Positions 1 to 9,822 are shown, counted from the stretch's first letter. The stretch is 32,000 nucleotides of DNA from Methanothermobacter thermautotrophicus str. Delta H (GCF_000008645.1 NC_000916.1:1260001-1292000), one strand, 5' to 3'. The notes: generated by a model from the sequence alone, not told the origin. Translations and numbers: made by a program.

Positions 1-1090
1 TCTTCTTCCATATTATAAGGTTTCCAGATGTTGGCTCAATGGATATTTTCCCGTCGTCCACCTCCACGGCTCCAAGGAGGGTTGATATCATTGCAATGAG
101 TATGAGGGCAGATATGAGTATGGGGAAGTGCATGTAGATGAAGGACCTCACTGTCTGAAGCTTACCTGCTGAACGCCTGAAAACATAGATGGATCTCCTG
201 ATGAGCCTTAAAAAATAGTAGACCGCCATTATAAATCCTGTGAGGGATATTATGACACCCAGGACTGCTGGTATGGCCCTTATGAAAAATATGCTGAAGA
301 CCCCAAGGGTTGTGAGTGATAGACCAAGGATGCACATCCTTATTGATTTCCCCATGGAATCCATCATGGTTATTCTGCCGTACTCCAGGGCCCTGTCAAC
401 TATTGTCCTAACAACCTCGTTGGCGACGACATTGAGATCCTTCAGGCTCGCCATGTCATGGTGTATGTTCCCGATATCCACCTCCCTCACGGTGAGGCCC
501 AGGACATCGGCGTCCAGTACTATGCCAACATCAACCCCGTAGTCCTCCTCAAATTTCATCTTCTCAAGGGCCGATCTTTTAGCTGCGAACTGTCCGCTCA
601 GGGGCTGTTCAAATTTTATCTCAGGGAAGAAGAACTTAAGAAGGGGTTTGGCTGTTAACTCAGTAACCCTCCCGGCCTTTCTTCTGAATCTGGTCTTTGT
701 GAGGTCGGCCCTCCCCGTTATTATGGGTTTTATCATCCTTTCAATCTTCTCTGTTGTCATGTTCTCAAGGTCAGCGTCGACAAAGACCACTATGTCGCCC
801 CGGGAATGCTTGAAACCTGTTTTTAGGGCTGCCCCCTTTCCGCGGTTGCTTGTATGCCTTATAACAGTGGCGCCTGCATCCTCTGCAGCACCAGCAGTAT
901 TATCTGTGGATCCATCATCCACAACGATAACCTCGTCCACCATATCTGATTTTCTGGCTGCTTCAATTACACTTCCAACTGTTTTTTCCTCGTTTAATGC
1001 AGGTATAACCACCGATACAGTGTGGCTTTTATCCTTCACTGCTCTGAAAGCGCATAGAAAGAACACAACCATGAGAATGAGCCATGACAT
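1..1090 (-). CDS. Family 2 glycosyltransferase with C-terminal membrane segments (partial, runs off left edge)
   Basis: Manual reverse-strand translation from 1090 gives an uninterrupted MSWLILMVVFFLCAFRAVKDKSHTVSVVIPALNEEKTVGSVIEAARKSDMVDEVIVVDDGSTDNTAG..., with GT-A motifs (VVIPALNEE, VVDDGSTD, FVDADLE), then hydrophobic C-terminal segments. Missing from the ORF track, probably because it crosses the window edge. Upstream AAGGTG ribosome-binding-site-like sequence. Confidence 0.85.
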   Translation of the reverse strand, partial: MSWLILMVVFFLCAFRAVKDKSHTVSVVIPALNEEKTVGSVIEAARKSDMVDEVIVVDDGSTDNTAGAAEDAGATVIRHTSNRGKGAALKTGFKHSRGDIVVFVDADLENMTTEKIERMIKPIITGRADLTKTRFRRKAGRVTELTAKPLLKFFFPEIKFEQPLSGQFAAKRSALEKMKFEEDYGVDVGIVLDADVLGLTVREVDIGNIHHDMASLKDLNVVANEVVRTIVDRALEYGRITMMDSMGKSIRMCILGLSLTTLGVFSIFFIRAIPAVLGVIISLTGFIMAVYYFLRLIRRSIYVFRRSAGKLQTVRSFIYMHFPILISALILIAMISTLLGAVEVDDGKISIEPTSGNLIIWKK

Positions 1091-1213
1091 CAGTACACCT
1101 TCTGATACTCTGTAACTCTCTATTGGTAGAATCCCCTTATATACTGTTATGAAGACCTGTAAATGGTCCCTGCGGGAGGTGCCATCTATTAAATATGACC
1201 TCCGATAGATTCT

Positions 1214-1224
1214 CTATATATAAA
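1214..1224 (+). promoter_or_regulatory. Candidate TATA box for the purE-like gene
   Basis: TATATATAAAG-like sequence about 25-30 nt upstream of the ATG at 1244. Confidence 0.45.
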
Positions 1225-1243
1225 GTTAAAGGTGAATCTCCAG

Positions 1244-2248
1244 ATGAAGCCCAGAGTGATGATACTCCTTGGAAGTGCATCTGATTTCAGGATAGCCGAA
1301 AAGGCAATGGAAATCTTTGAGGAACTCAGGATACCCTATGACCTGAGGGTTGCCTCAGCCCACAGGACACATGAAAAGGTAAAGGCAATAGTCTCAGAGG
1401 CCGTGAAGGCGGGTGTTGAGGTATTCATAGGAATAGCAGGACTATCAGCCCATCTTCCAGGCATGATATCTGCAAACACCCACAGACCCGTCATAGGGGT
1501 CCCTGTTGACGTTAAACTTGGAGGGCTCGACGCCCTCTTTGCATGTTCACAGATGCCCTTCCCTGCCCCCGTCGCCACTGTGGGGGTAGACAGGGGAGAA
1601 AACGCCGCAATACTCGCTGCCCAGATAATAGGGATAGGAGATCCCGGGGTAAGGGAAAGGGTTGCAGATCTAAGGAGAGGTTTCTATGAACGCGTGCGGA
1701 GAGATGAATGTCAGGTGCTCAACAGCATAGAGGGGTCCTACTATGCACCCCTGGAGGTTGAAATGCCTCCCATTGGTGATAAGGTCCCGTCAGATTCCCA
1801 GGATGACCCCATGGTATCTGTGATACCTGGCAGCTACTCTGACATGAAGATAGCCAAGAAGACCACCATGTTCCTCGAAAGGATGGGTATAAGCTATGAT
1901 CTGAACGTCATATCACCCATAAGGTACCCTGAAAGATTTGAGAGGTACCTTGAGAAGATGGAGAACGTGAAGCTCTTCATAGCCATAAGCGGCCTCTCTG
2001 CACATGTTACGGGTGCTGTTGTTGCCCTCAGCGACAGGCCGGTGATAGGGGTTCCCTGCCCCCTCAAGATGAACGGCTGGGACTCACTCCTCTCAATGAT
2101 CAACATGCCGCCGGGTGTACCTGTTGGAACGGTGGGGGTAGGTAACGGTGGTAACGCCGCAATACTGGCTGCTGAAATGCTTGGAATATACGATGAAAAG
2201 ATAGAATCGAGGATAAAGAGGATAAAGAGCCGTTCCGTTAAGTTCTAA
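1244..2248 (+). CDS. purE: Tandem-domain PurE-like protein (phosphoribosylaminoimidazole carboxylase catalytic subunit family)
   Basis: Two PurE-like halves: GSASDFRIAEKAM...VASAHRTHEK...AGLSAHLPGMISA...RPVIGVPV and GSYSDMKIAKKTT...VISPIRYPE...ISGLSAHVTGAVVA...RPVIGVPC. GGTGA ribosome-binding site at 1231-1235 favours ATG 1244 over the GTG at 1232. Confidence 0.85.
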   Translation: MKPRVMILLGSASDFRIAEKAMEIFEELRIPYDLRVASAHRTHEKVKAIVSEAVKAGVEVFIGIAGLSAHLPGMISANTHRPVIGVPVDVKLGGLDALFACSQMPFPAPVATVGVDRGENAAILAAQIIGIGDPGVRERVADLRRGFYERVRRDECQVLNSIEGSYYAPLEVEMPPIGDKVPSDSQDDPMVSVIPGSYSDMKIAKKTTMFLERMGISYDLNVISPIRYPERFERYLEKMENVKLFIAISGLSAHVTGAVVALSDRPVIGVPCPLKMNGWDSLLSMINMPPGVPVGTVGVGNGGNAAILAAEMLGIYDEKIESRIKRIKSRSVKF

Positions 2249-2305
2249 ATATGAAAAATGGAGATCAGGATAAAGAGCCGTTCCATAACTTCTGATGGTG
2301 ATTGA

Positions 2306-3577
2306 ATGAGAAACTTTCTTGATAAAATCGGCGAGGAGGCCCTGGTGGTTGAGGATGAGGTATCAACCAGTTTCGAGGCTGCCAGCATACTCAGAGAGCA
2401 TCCAAGGGACCTTGTTATACTCAAAAACCTGAAGGAATCCGATATACCCGTCATATCAGGGCTCTGCAATACCCGGGAGAAGATAGCCCTCTCCCTGAAC
2501 TGCAGGGTCCATGAGATAACCCACAGGATCGTTGAGGCCATGGAAAACCCCACCCCAATCAGTAGCGTGGGGGGACTGGATGGTTACAGATCAGGGAGGG
2601 CTGACCTCTCAGAGCTCCCCATCCTCAGGCACTACAGGAGGGATGGTGGACCCTACATAACTGCAGGGGTCATATTTGCCAGGGACCCTGATACAGGGGT
2701 GAGGAACGCCTCAATTCACAGGATGATGGTCATCGGTGATGACAGGCTGGCTGTCCGCATAGTACCCAGGCACCTCTACACCTACCTCCAGAAGGCTGAG
2801 GAGAGGGGTGAGGACCTTGAAATAGCCATAGCCATAGGTATGGACCCTGCAACGCTCCTTGCCACCACCACCTCCATACCCATCGATGCAGATGAGATGG
2901 AGGTGGCGAACACCTTCCATGAAGGTGAACTGGAACTTGTCAGATGTGAGGGAGTCGACATGGAGGTCCCCCCTGCAGAGATAATCCTTGAGGGACGTAT
3001 ACTCTGTGGTGTGAGGGAGAGGGAGGGCCCCTTTGTTGATCTGACAGACACCTATGATGTTGTAAGGGATGAACCTGTTATCTCCCTTGAAAGGATGCAT
3101 ATCAGGAAGGATGCAATGTACCACGCCATTCTGCCAGCCGGCTTTGAGCACCGTCTCCTTCAGGGTCTCCCCCAGGAGCCAAGGATATACAGGGCCGTTA
3201 AGAATACAGTCCCCACTGTAAGGAACGTTGTTCTGACGGAGGGTGGGTGCTGCTGGCTCCACGCCGCTGTATCAATTAAAAAACAGACTGAAGGTGATGG
3301 TAAGAACGTTATAATGGCTGCCCTTGCAGCACACCCCTCCCTGAAGCATGTCGTGGTTGTGGATGAGGATATAGACGTCCTTGACCCTGAGGAAATTGAA
3401 TATGCCATTGCAACCAGGGTTAAGGGTGATGATGACATCCTCATAGTTCCAGGGGCCAGGGGTTCATCCCTTGATCCTGCAGCACTGCCTGATGGCACCA
3501 CCACCAAGGTTGGTGTCGATGCAACCGCGCCCCTTGCTTCAGCTGAAAAATTCCAGAGGGTCAGCAGGTCAGAGTAA
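2306..3577 (+). CDS. UbiD-family (prenylated-FMN-type) decarboxylase
   Basis: 423 aa protein with UbiD-like features ([100 protein letters not shown]). GGTGAT ribosome-binding site just upstream. Confidence 0.85.
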   Translation: MRNFLDKIGEEALVVEDEVSTSFEAASILREHPRDLVILKNLKESDIPVISGLCNTREKIALSLNCRVHEITHRIVEAMENPTPISSVGGLDGYRSGRADLSELPILRHYRRDGGPYITAGVIFARDPDTGVRNASIHRMMVIGDDRLAVRIVPRHLYTYLQKAEERGEDLEIAIAIGMDPATLLATTTSIPIDADEMEVANTFHEGELELVRCEGVDMEVPPAEIILEGRILCGVREREGPFVDLTDTYDVVRDEPVISLERMHIRKDAMYHAILPAGFEHRLLQGLPQEPRIYRAVKNTVPTVRNVVLTEGGCCWLHAAVSIKKQTEGDGKNVIMAALAAHPSLKHVVVVDEDIDVLDPEEIEYAIATRVKGDDDILIVPGARGSSLDPAALPDGTTTKVGVDATAPLASAEKFQRVSRSE

Positions 3578-3649
3578 CCGGGGCCTCAACCCCCTTTTCC
3601 TTAAGTTATAAATTCATGGTTAAACATCATCATTCGCTTGAATCTTAAT

Positions 3650-4657
3650 TCAGTCAGTAACAACATCAATTTTGGAGTTGCAGGATCTGCATCTGCCATC
3701 AGCGAGTCCAGAGGTATCTGTGATGTAGCCGTTCCTTCTTATAACCACCTCCCCGCAGGACGGACAGTAGGTGTTCTCTGCATCGGTGCCTGGCAGGTTA
3801 CCGACATAGACGTACTTCATTCCAGCCTCAAGTGCCAGCTCCCTCGCCCTCATAAGCCTGTCAGTTCCTGTGGGTGGCACGTCCTGCATCCTGTAATGTG
3901 GGAAGAACCGCGTGAAGTGCAGCGGGACCCTAACTCCGACCTCAGAGACCATGAAGTTTATGAGGGCCATTATATCATCATCTGAGTCATTGTATCCTGG
4001 TATGAGGAGGTTTGTTACCTCAATGTGGATACCCATATCATGCATCCTTATGATGTTCTCAAGCACTGGCCCGGGTTTTGCATCACAGAGTTCCCTGTAG
4101 AAGGTCTCTGACATTCCCTTGAGGTCAACGTTTGCAGCGTCCAGGAGGGGGCCCAGTATGTCAAGCGCCTCCCTGCTCATGTACCCATTAGTCACATAGA
4201 CCGTCGAGAGACCCTCGGCCCTTGCAAGTTCCGCTGAGTCAAGGGTGTATTCAAGCCACATGGTGGGTTCATTGTAGGTCCAGGCTATGGACCTGCAGCT
4301 GGCGCTGAGGGCATTTTCAACTGCCTCCTCCGGTGAAATGTATCTTGTGGGGAATTCGTCTATCCTGGCCTGGGATATGCTCCAGTTCTGGCAGTACCTG
4401 CACCTGAAGTTACAGCCCACACTTCCAAGTGAATATGCAAGGGTCCCTGGATGGAAGTGAAAGAGAGGTTTCTTCTCTATGGGGTCAACGGCTGCCGATG
4501 ACACCTCCCCATAGGTGAGTGAGTATATCCTGCCGTCCCTGTTCTCACGGGTGAGACAGTAGCCCCTCCCACCTTCAGGTATCAGGCACTTCCTGTTACA
4601 TACCAGGCACCTGAGCCTGTCATCGACCCCTTCATAAAGTATGGCTTCCTTCCTCAT
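3650..4657 (-). CDS. amrS: Radical SAM protein of the AmrS / pyruvate-formate-lyase-activating-enzyme-like family
   Basis: CxxxCxxC-type cluster in GSVGCNFRCRYCQNWSISQ, upstream Cys motif LRCLVCNRKCLIPEGGRGYC, and ...GVRVPLHFTRFFPHYRM... AGGGGG ribosome-binding site before ATG at 4657 (track extends to 4690). Confidence 0.8.
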   Translation of the reverse strand: MRKEAILYEGVDDRLRCLVCNRKCLIPEGGRGYCLTRENRDGRIYSLTYGEVSSAAVDPIEKKPLFHFHPGTLAYSLGSVGCNFRCRYCQNWSISQARIDEFPTRYISPEEAVENALSASCRSIAWTYNEPTMWLEYTLDSAELARAEGLSTVYVTNGYMSREALDILGPLLDAANVDLKGMSETFYRELCDAKPGPVLENIIRMHDMGIHIEVTNLLIPGYNDSDDDIMALINFMVSEVGVRVPLHFTRFFPHYRMQDVPPTGTDRLMRARELALEAGMKYVYVGNLPGTDAENTYCPSCGEVVIRRNGYITDTSGLADGRCRSCNSKIDVVTD

Positions 4658-4667
4658 GGCATACCCC

Positions 4668-5651
4668 CTAGCCGGGGCTGAGATGTTCATAGCCCCTCAC
4701 ATGAAGTTTATATGTAACTCCATCCTTATCAACCATTTCAATTCCACCTCCAACGGTGACCTCACCGATTACATGGAGCTCCATCATGTCAGAGAGTTCT
4801 TCCATCCCGGTGGGTGGTGCTGTGAATACCAGTTCAAAGTCCTCTCCATAGTATAGGGCGAGTTCCAGTGGGTCCCTGCCGAGAATGGATGCAATTTCAG
4901 GGACCTCCCTGCCCAGGGGCAGCCTATCCTCATATATCCTCATGCCTGTCCCGCTTGCATCCATGAGCTCCCCGAGCTCACTTACAAGGCCATCGGTTAT
5001 GTCGGTGGCCGAGGATACCAGACCTGATTCTGCAAGGATGAGTCCCTCCTCTATGCGGGCCACCGGTCTGAGGGATCTCTCAACCGCATTTTCAAAGCCC
5101 CCTGTATCTCTACCCGAAAGGATGAGTTCTGTCCCTGCTGCACCAACTCCCAGGGGTCCCGTGACAGCCACGAGGTCCCCTGGCCTGGCCCCGGACTTCA
5201 TGAGGACCATGTCCTTTTCAGCCCGCCCGATGGCTGTTCCTGAGAGTATTATCTCATCGGCCTCGTTTGTGTCCCCTCCGATGAGTGGAGCCTGGTAGTG
5301 GCAGCATGCCTCTATCACGCCATCCATGAGGGAGTCAAAGAATTCCAGTTCAAGGTCGGGTAGGGCCACCGAAAGGATGAATCCTTCAGGTCTAGAGCCC
5401 ATTGCAGCAAGGTCGCTCATGTTAACAGTGACTGTCTTCCAGCCCATGTCCCGTGGCCTTTCAGGGTCAGGGAAGTGTCTGGTCTCAAGGAGGAGGTCAG
5501 AGGTTAGTACCAGGAACTCTTCCCCTGCATCAATGAGGGCTGCGTCGTCCCCGAGGCCCATGACCTCTGATGATCCGAAAACTGATCTTGCTCTGGATAT
5601 TATCCTGGATATGAGCTTTTTTTCTCCAAGGGAGGATATTCTATCATGCAT
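4668..5651 (-). CDS. thiL: Thiamine-monophosphate kinase
   Basis: [87 protein letters not shown] are typical of ThiL (AIRS/PurM fold). Confidence 0.88.
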
Positions 5652-5679
5652 TTTATCAAAAATAGTTGGATGGGAACAG

Positions 5680-6111
5680 TTAAATTGCTGATTTAACCCT
5701 GTCCCTGATTATCTCGGCTATCCTTGGATCAGCGCCGAGGGGTTCCGTATAGACTATCTCACCATCGAATTCAAATTCTTCATGCTCATGTTCGTGTTCA
5801 TGGTGATGGTGGCCTTCGGCACCGTTGTCAAGGCCGAGTATGTGGGGTATGTCATGTTTGGTGTGCACTCCATGGGCCAGGAAAACCGGTGTGACGATGA
5901 TCTTCTCAACACCCATGGCTGCAAGTTCATTTATTGCCTCGGGTATTGATGGTCTTGACATGTTCATGAAGCCCACTGCAACGGGGTGGTCGGCCTCCTG
6001 TCGGTAGATGTCAGCTATGCCGTTTATAACCTCCTCACCGTAGGGGAGGCGGCTGCCGTGCCCCACCAGCAGAACGCCTATCTTAGGTTTTTGGTTTGAA
6101 TTTGAATCCAT
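5680..6111 (-). CDS. cfbA: Small CbiX-type sirohydrochlorin cobalto/nickelochelatase with His-rich insertion
   Basis: [73 protein letters not shown]; His/Glu-rich [18 protein letters not shown]. Confidence 0.85.
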
Positions 6112-6484
6112 AGGATATCACTCCATCCTCGCCCTCTTCTCTAACCTTCCTGAATACCATCTCGACCTCATCACCTATTTCTATTGAATCAGGGTCGCAG
6201 TCAACTATCTGGCTTGTTACCCTTGCACCCTCCTCCAGTTCAACTATGGCCACCACGTAGGGGGCTATGTCCTTGAACTCGTCGGTGGGGGTGTTTATGA
6301 CGGAGTAACTGTGTATCCTTCCCTTCCCGCTGAACTTCAATTCCTCGAGTTTGCCCTTGCGTCTGCATTCCGGGCATATTATCCTGCTGGGGAAGAAAAC
6401 ATTCCCGCACTGAAGACATTTTGATCCTGTAAGATTGTAGCGCTGGGGTATATGGCGCCATGTCCTGACGGTTTCTGTCATCAT
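6083..6484 (-). CDS. DUF35-type zinc-ribbon/OB-fold acyl-CoA-associated protein
   Basis: CLQCGNVFFPSRIICPECRRKGKLEELKFSGKGRIHSYSVI: four-Cys ribbon followed by an OB-like domain. The start may be the second Met. Confidence 0.75.
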   Translation of the reverse strand: MMTETVRTWRHIPQRYNLTGSKCLQCGNVFFPSRIICPECRRKGKLEELKFSGKGRIHSYSVINTPTDEFKDIAPYVVAIVELEEGARVTSQIVDCDPDSIEIGDEVEMVFRKVREEGEDGVISYGFKFKPKT

Positions 6485-6681
6485 GTAACCTCCATACAGT
6501 AATCACTTTTCATTATCTATCTTGGTTCATTATAATTAAATCATACGGTCATCTGATATTTAAATCACTGCCTCCCTGAGGGAATAATAAAGATCCCTCT
6601 TGCTCGCAGCTACTTTTTAATGTGTTATGGGCGTCCTTTAGTCCTAAAATGGGTCCATATTCATTTTCTCCAGCACAAAGA

Positions 6682-6701
6682 ATTAATAATACTTTATTAA
6701 T
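6682..6701. repeat. Perfect inverted repeat ATTAATAA-TACT-TTATTAAT
   Basis: Read directly: 8-bp arms, 4-nt spacer, just upstream of an AT-rich TATA-like sequence (ATATTTTTATAT, ~6711-6722). Confidence 0.7.
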
Positions 6702-6710
6702 ATTTAGGTA

Positions 6711-6722
6711 ATATTTTTATAT
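6711..6722 (+). promoter_or_regulatory. Candidate TATA element for the 6754 gene
   Basis: ATATTTTTATAT about 32-43 nt upstream of ATG 6754. Confidence 0.4.
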
Positions 6723-6753
6723 CTGTAATACTTAATTTTCATTTGGTGATATT

Positions 6754-7656
6754 ATGGATGATTGTGGATACGTCATGGCAGGTGCATCCCTACTGCTGAT
6801 GATACCCGTAATCATAATCACGGCCATGATTCTGAGTCTCGGTGAAGCACACAGTGACATGAACATGGAGAGAAAACTTTCAGCCTGTGTAGAGGGTGCT
6901 GCATGGGACATCAGGGACAACGTCCCCATCATAACAATGGATGTGCTCAATGAAACCGCAGGGGAGGCCATCAATGGGACCCTTCCCTCAGATGATGTCA
7001 GGGATCTGGTCAGGGAGAGAGTGCAGGAGCGTATTGACCGTCTATGCAGAAGCCACAGGAACGTCAATGCAAGCTGCAGGGTGAATTCGGTTGAAGGAAC
7101 AGAGGCCCCCTTTCAGGTTGAGGTCAACTCAACACTTGAAATACGGGCAGGGAACATTGAACACGCTGAGAACCTTTCTGTGAGGGTCACGGTTGATGGA
7201 CTCCCGGATCCGCTGCCCTTCAGGGTCCTCGGGAGGCTTGAACACAGTAACACCACAATAGAATATGGTGATGCCCTCGCAGAGTATCTTAACTCCAGTG
7301 GCGTGGATGGTGGAGCCTACATCAATGCAAAGGGGCCCCTCATTATAAGAAGATGCCCCTACGAACCCTACACCTCCCATGGATCTGAGGGGGTCCATGC
7401 CTGCATCCTCAATGGATACTACCATGAAAGCAGGGATGGTGCCTGTTACCTCTGCAGACTGGAGGGAAAAACATCCTGCCCACACATGGGGCTTGAAACA
7501 TTCATAATCCCGTCGAAGGAATTAGGAGAGGCCCCGGTATCCATTGACCACGTCCTCTTTAATGAAAAATACACTGGCGAAGCACTGAACATCTCAGGAT
7601 TCATCATTTACCTGGACGCAGGTCACATGACAAAGTACGGGGTGAGAAGACAATGA
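6754..7656 (+). CDS. Uncharacterised membrane-anchored/secreted Cys-containing protein (pseudopilin/TadE-like architecture possible)
   Basis: 300 aa; N-terminal hydrophobic segment AGASLLLMIPVIIITAMILSLGEA then a long soluble region with several Cys (CPYEPYTSHGSEGVHAC...GACYLCRLEGKTSCPH). GGTGAT ribosome-binding site at 6745-6750. Confidence 0.65.
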   Translation: MDDCGYVMAGASLLLMIPVIIITAMILSLGEAHSDMNMERKLSACVEGAAWDIRDNVPIITMDVLNETAGEAINGTLPSDDVRDLVRERVQERIDRLCRSHRNVNASCRVNSVEGTEAPFQVEVNSTLEIRAGNIEHAENLSVRVTVDGLPDPLPFRVLGRLEHSNTTIEYGDALAEYLNSSGVDGGAYINAKGPLIIRRCPYEPYTSHGSEGVHACILNGYYHESRDGACYLCRLEGKTSCPHMGLETFIIPSKELGEAPVSIDHVLFNEKYTGEALNISGFIIYLDAGHMTKYGVRRQ

Positions 7657-7704
7657 TAACCCCGGCCAGCCCTCTGCCCTCGCCAGAGTACGGATGGGGA
7701 AACC

Positions 7705-8490
7705 ATGATACTGTCAACTGACTTTCTGCTTTCACTGATCATAGTGGCCCTTATCCTGGGAACATCTGCAGAACTTGTGGACATGCAGGAGAGTCGCCTC
7801 AGCGAGGAGTTCCGGGAGGGTCATGTGAATCAGAAAGCCGCTGCTGCAGCTGATATCCTGGTAAGCACTCCAGGGGATCCGCCCAGCTGGGAAAAAATTC
7901 CTGTAAGCGCCTGTAAATCCCCTGGACTTGCAGTGCCCGGTGAGAGGGGAACGATATCCTATGAAAAGTTCAGGAAACTACAGAGCAGGCCGGAACTCCT
8001 TGGCAGGGCCTTCCAGGGTATGAGGGTGCAGCTTGTCCTGAGACCCATCAACTCCAGCATCAGGCCCCTGGTCGCAGGTGAAAACATCAGCGGGGATGAG
8101 ATCTCAGTGATGAGAATACCCGTTAACTGCAACTTCCTCTCAGGCCATGTAATAAAACTCCAGAAGGCTGTCTGTCCCTGCGGACACCCGGAGAACTGGA
8201 CCTGCATGAATTTTAGATTTAACAGTTCACTGGACTACTATCTGATCTCTGACAGCCCGGAGGGCTCATGGATGCTGGATACAGGGAACAGCCACATTGA
8301 TGAGGTGGATCTCATATATGGGAGTGTTAAACTCAATCTGACCGGTGAGGGCGTGGCATGGCTGCACGTACATGGAGGTGGGTGGGTGTCCGTTGTGGCC
8401 CTTCCCCGCGGCAGCAGGGATTATCTCATGTCACCAGACTACTTCCGGGTCCAGCCATGCGTCCTTGAGGTCATAACAGCTCCCTTCTGA
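7705..8490 (+). CDS. Uncharacterised membrane-anchored/secreted protein, probably co-transcribed with the 6754 gene
   Basis: 261 aa; N-terminal hydrophobic STDFLLSLIIVALILGTSAELVD, exported-type domain with CPCGHPENWTC cluster. The exact start is uncertain. Confidence 0.6.
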   Translation: MILSTDFLLSLIIVALILGTSAELVDMQESRLSEEFREGHVNQKAAAAADILVSTPGDPPSWEKIPVSACKSPGLAVPGERGTISYEKFRKLQSRPELLGRAFQGMRVQLVLRPINSSIRPLVAGENISGDEISVMRIPVNCNFLSGHVIKLQKAVCPCGHPENWTCMNFRFNSSLDYYLISDSPEGSWMLDTGNSHIDEVDLIYGSVKLNLTGEGVAWLHVHGGGWVSVVALPRGSRDYLMSPDYFRVQPCVLEVITAPF

Positions 8491-9822
8491 TCAGAGACCC
8501 ATGATTGTTATAATGGCTATGACCAGGCAAGTGTTTGCCACCGGATCCGTCATGCTCGTTGAGAGGGGGATCACGATGTTATCAGGGTCAAGTCTGAGTC
8601 TGTATGATGCCGAGCTGAGATAGAAGCCCACAAGAAGGAGGAATGGTGTGAGCATGTACCCGGCCATGGAACTTATGAGAACCATACTGAAGGGGCCCAG
8701 GGACCCTATGCCAAGGAAATCACTTACAAGGTGGGCCAGAAGCCCTATGGTAGGGTATATGAGGAGGGACAGTACAGCTATTATCCCAAAGTTCCTCAGG
8801 GCCTCCCCGTGGGGTCTCAGGGATGCTGGAATTATACCTGAGTGAAGCCCTGAGGAGAGCCTTGCACCAAGTATACTCACCAGGTCCCCGCTTTCACCTG
8901 AAAATAGAGGTACAAGTGCCAGTATTGCCGGGTTGTCCAGTATAAATGACAGTTTACTGTTCAGAACTGTACCTGCAGTTGTTCCGAGGGCCGAACATAT
9001 GAGGAGGACAGGTACACTCTGCCTGATAATCTTCCTGAGATCGTATCTCCCCCTGAAGCCGGCTATGAGTCCGGCTGCACCTATCAAAAGGAATATGGCA
9101 AAGAGTATCCATTCAAAAAATCCGTTCCTGACCATCTCAAGGACTGCGAGGGCTGCAAATATTGATGGTAGGGTGAAAAGATCTCCTGAAGCTGCAATCA
9201 GGGGTGTGGTGACATTATCCGGGTCCCATCCATTTTCATAGCTCTTAAGGGATATGAGGACCGTTGCAGGGAGCAGAAAAGCCCCTGATATTATACCCCC
9301 GATGACCGAGATAACCGTGAAGTCCATTATCCCCATGCTCTCAAAGCCAAAGAGCTGGCAGAAGATCCATGCCATGAAGCCCAGAAAGAGCGACATGACC
9401 ACCGTCAGTATGATGGTCCCCTCAATGTTATCTGCAAGGACATCTGATCTTCGCAGTTCAGGTGAGAGCACACCGATATGGAGGCCAGATCCAAGGCGTG
9501 AGCCCAGGGCTCCGAAGATGTTACCCCTCATACCTATGGCCCCGGGTATGAGTACAAGGAGACCCGGGTATGATTCAAGCATTGGGGACATCTTACCGAG
9601 GAATATGCCGGCTATAAGGTCCCCGATTGCACAGATGAAAAGGGCCACGAAGCTTTCCCCGAGAATCCTCCTGGAATCCCTGAAAAAGCTGCCAAACTTT
9701 CTTGATAGGTTAAATGCCCTTACCCATCCCCTTGAGGCTGCTATGGAGATGTTCACGGTGAATGTTAGCAGGGACTGAAGCAGGATCCGAGTCATCCTCA
9801 GCAATCTTTCTCTTCTCTTCAT
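8491..9822 (-). CDS. MgtE-like divalent cation transporter with two repeated transmembrane domains
   Basis: Two similar halves ([36 protein letters not shown]... and [35 protein letters not shown]...). GGTGAT ribosome-binding site favours ATG at 9822 over the GTG at 9831. Confidence 0.78.
   Translation of the reverse strand: MKRRERLLRMTRILLQSLLTFTVNISIAASRGWVRAFNLSRKFGSFFRDSRRILGESFVALFICAIGDLIAGIFLGKMSPMLESYPGLLVLIPGAIGMRGNIFGALGSRLGSGLHIGVLSPELRRSDVLADNIEGTIILTVVMSLFLGFMAWIFCQLFGFESMGIMDFTVISVIGGIISGAFLLPATVLISLKSYENGWDPDNVTTPLIAASGDLFTLPSIFAALAVLEMVRNGFFEWILFAIFLLIGAAGLIAGFRGRYDLRKIIRQSVPVLLICSALGTTAGTVLNSKLSFILDNPAILALVPLFSGESGDLVSILGARLSSGLHSGIIPASLRPHGEALRNFGIIAVLSLLIYPTIGLLAHLVSDFLGIGSLGPFSMVLISSMAGYMLTPFLLLVGFYLSSASYRLRLDPDNIVIPLSTSMTDPVANTCLVIAIITIMGL

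Noticed and set aside
240-1115. Three plus-strand ORFs (240-542, 458-658, 648-1115)
   Set aside because: They are antisense to the uninterrupted minus-strand glycosyltransferase gene missing from the track.
1336-1578. Minus-strand ORF opposite purE (and 1894-2106)
   Set aside because: Antisense to conserved PurE domains, no ribosome-binding site or recognisable motif.
2711-3262. 183-aa minus-strand ORF opposite the UbiD-family gene
   Set aside because: Low-plausibility composition and fully antisense to a convincing conserved protein; shadow ORF.
3578-3605. GGGG...CCCC plus T-rich sequence after the UbiD gene as an intrinsic hairpin terminator
   Set aside because: Stem is only four base pairs and archaeal termination depends mainly on U-runs; too weak to call.
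3638-3985. Plus-strand 115-aa ORF opposite the radical SAM gene
   Set aside because: Antisense shadow with atypical composition.
9254-9778. 174-aa plus-strand ORF opposite the MgtE-like gene
   Set aside because: Shadow of a conserved repeated membrane protein.
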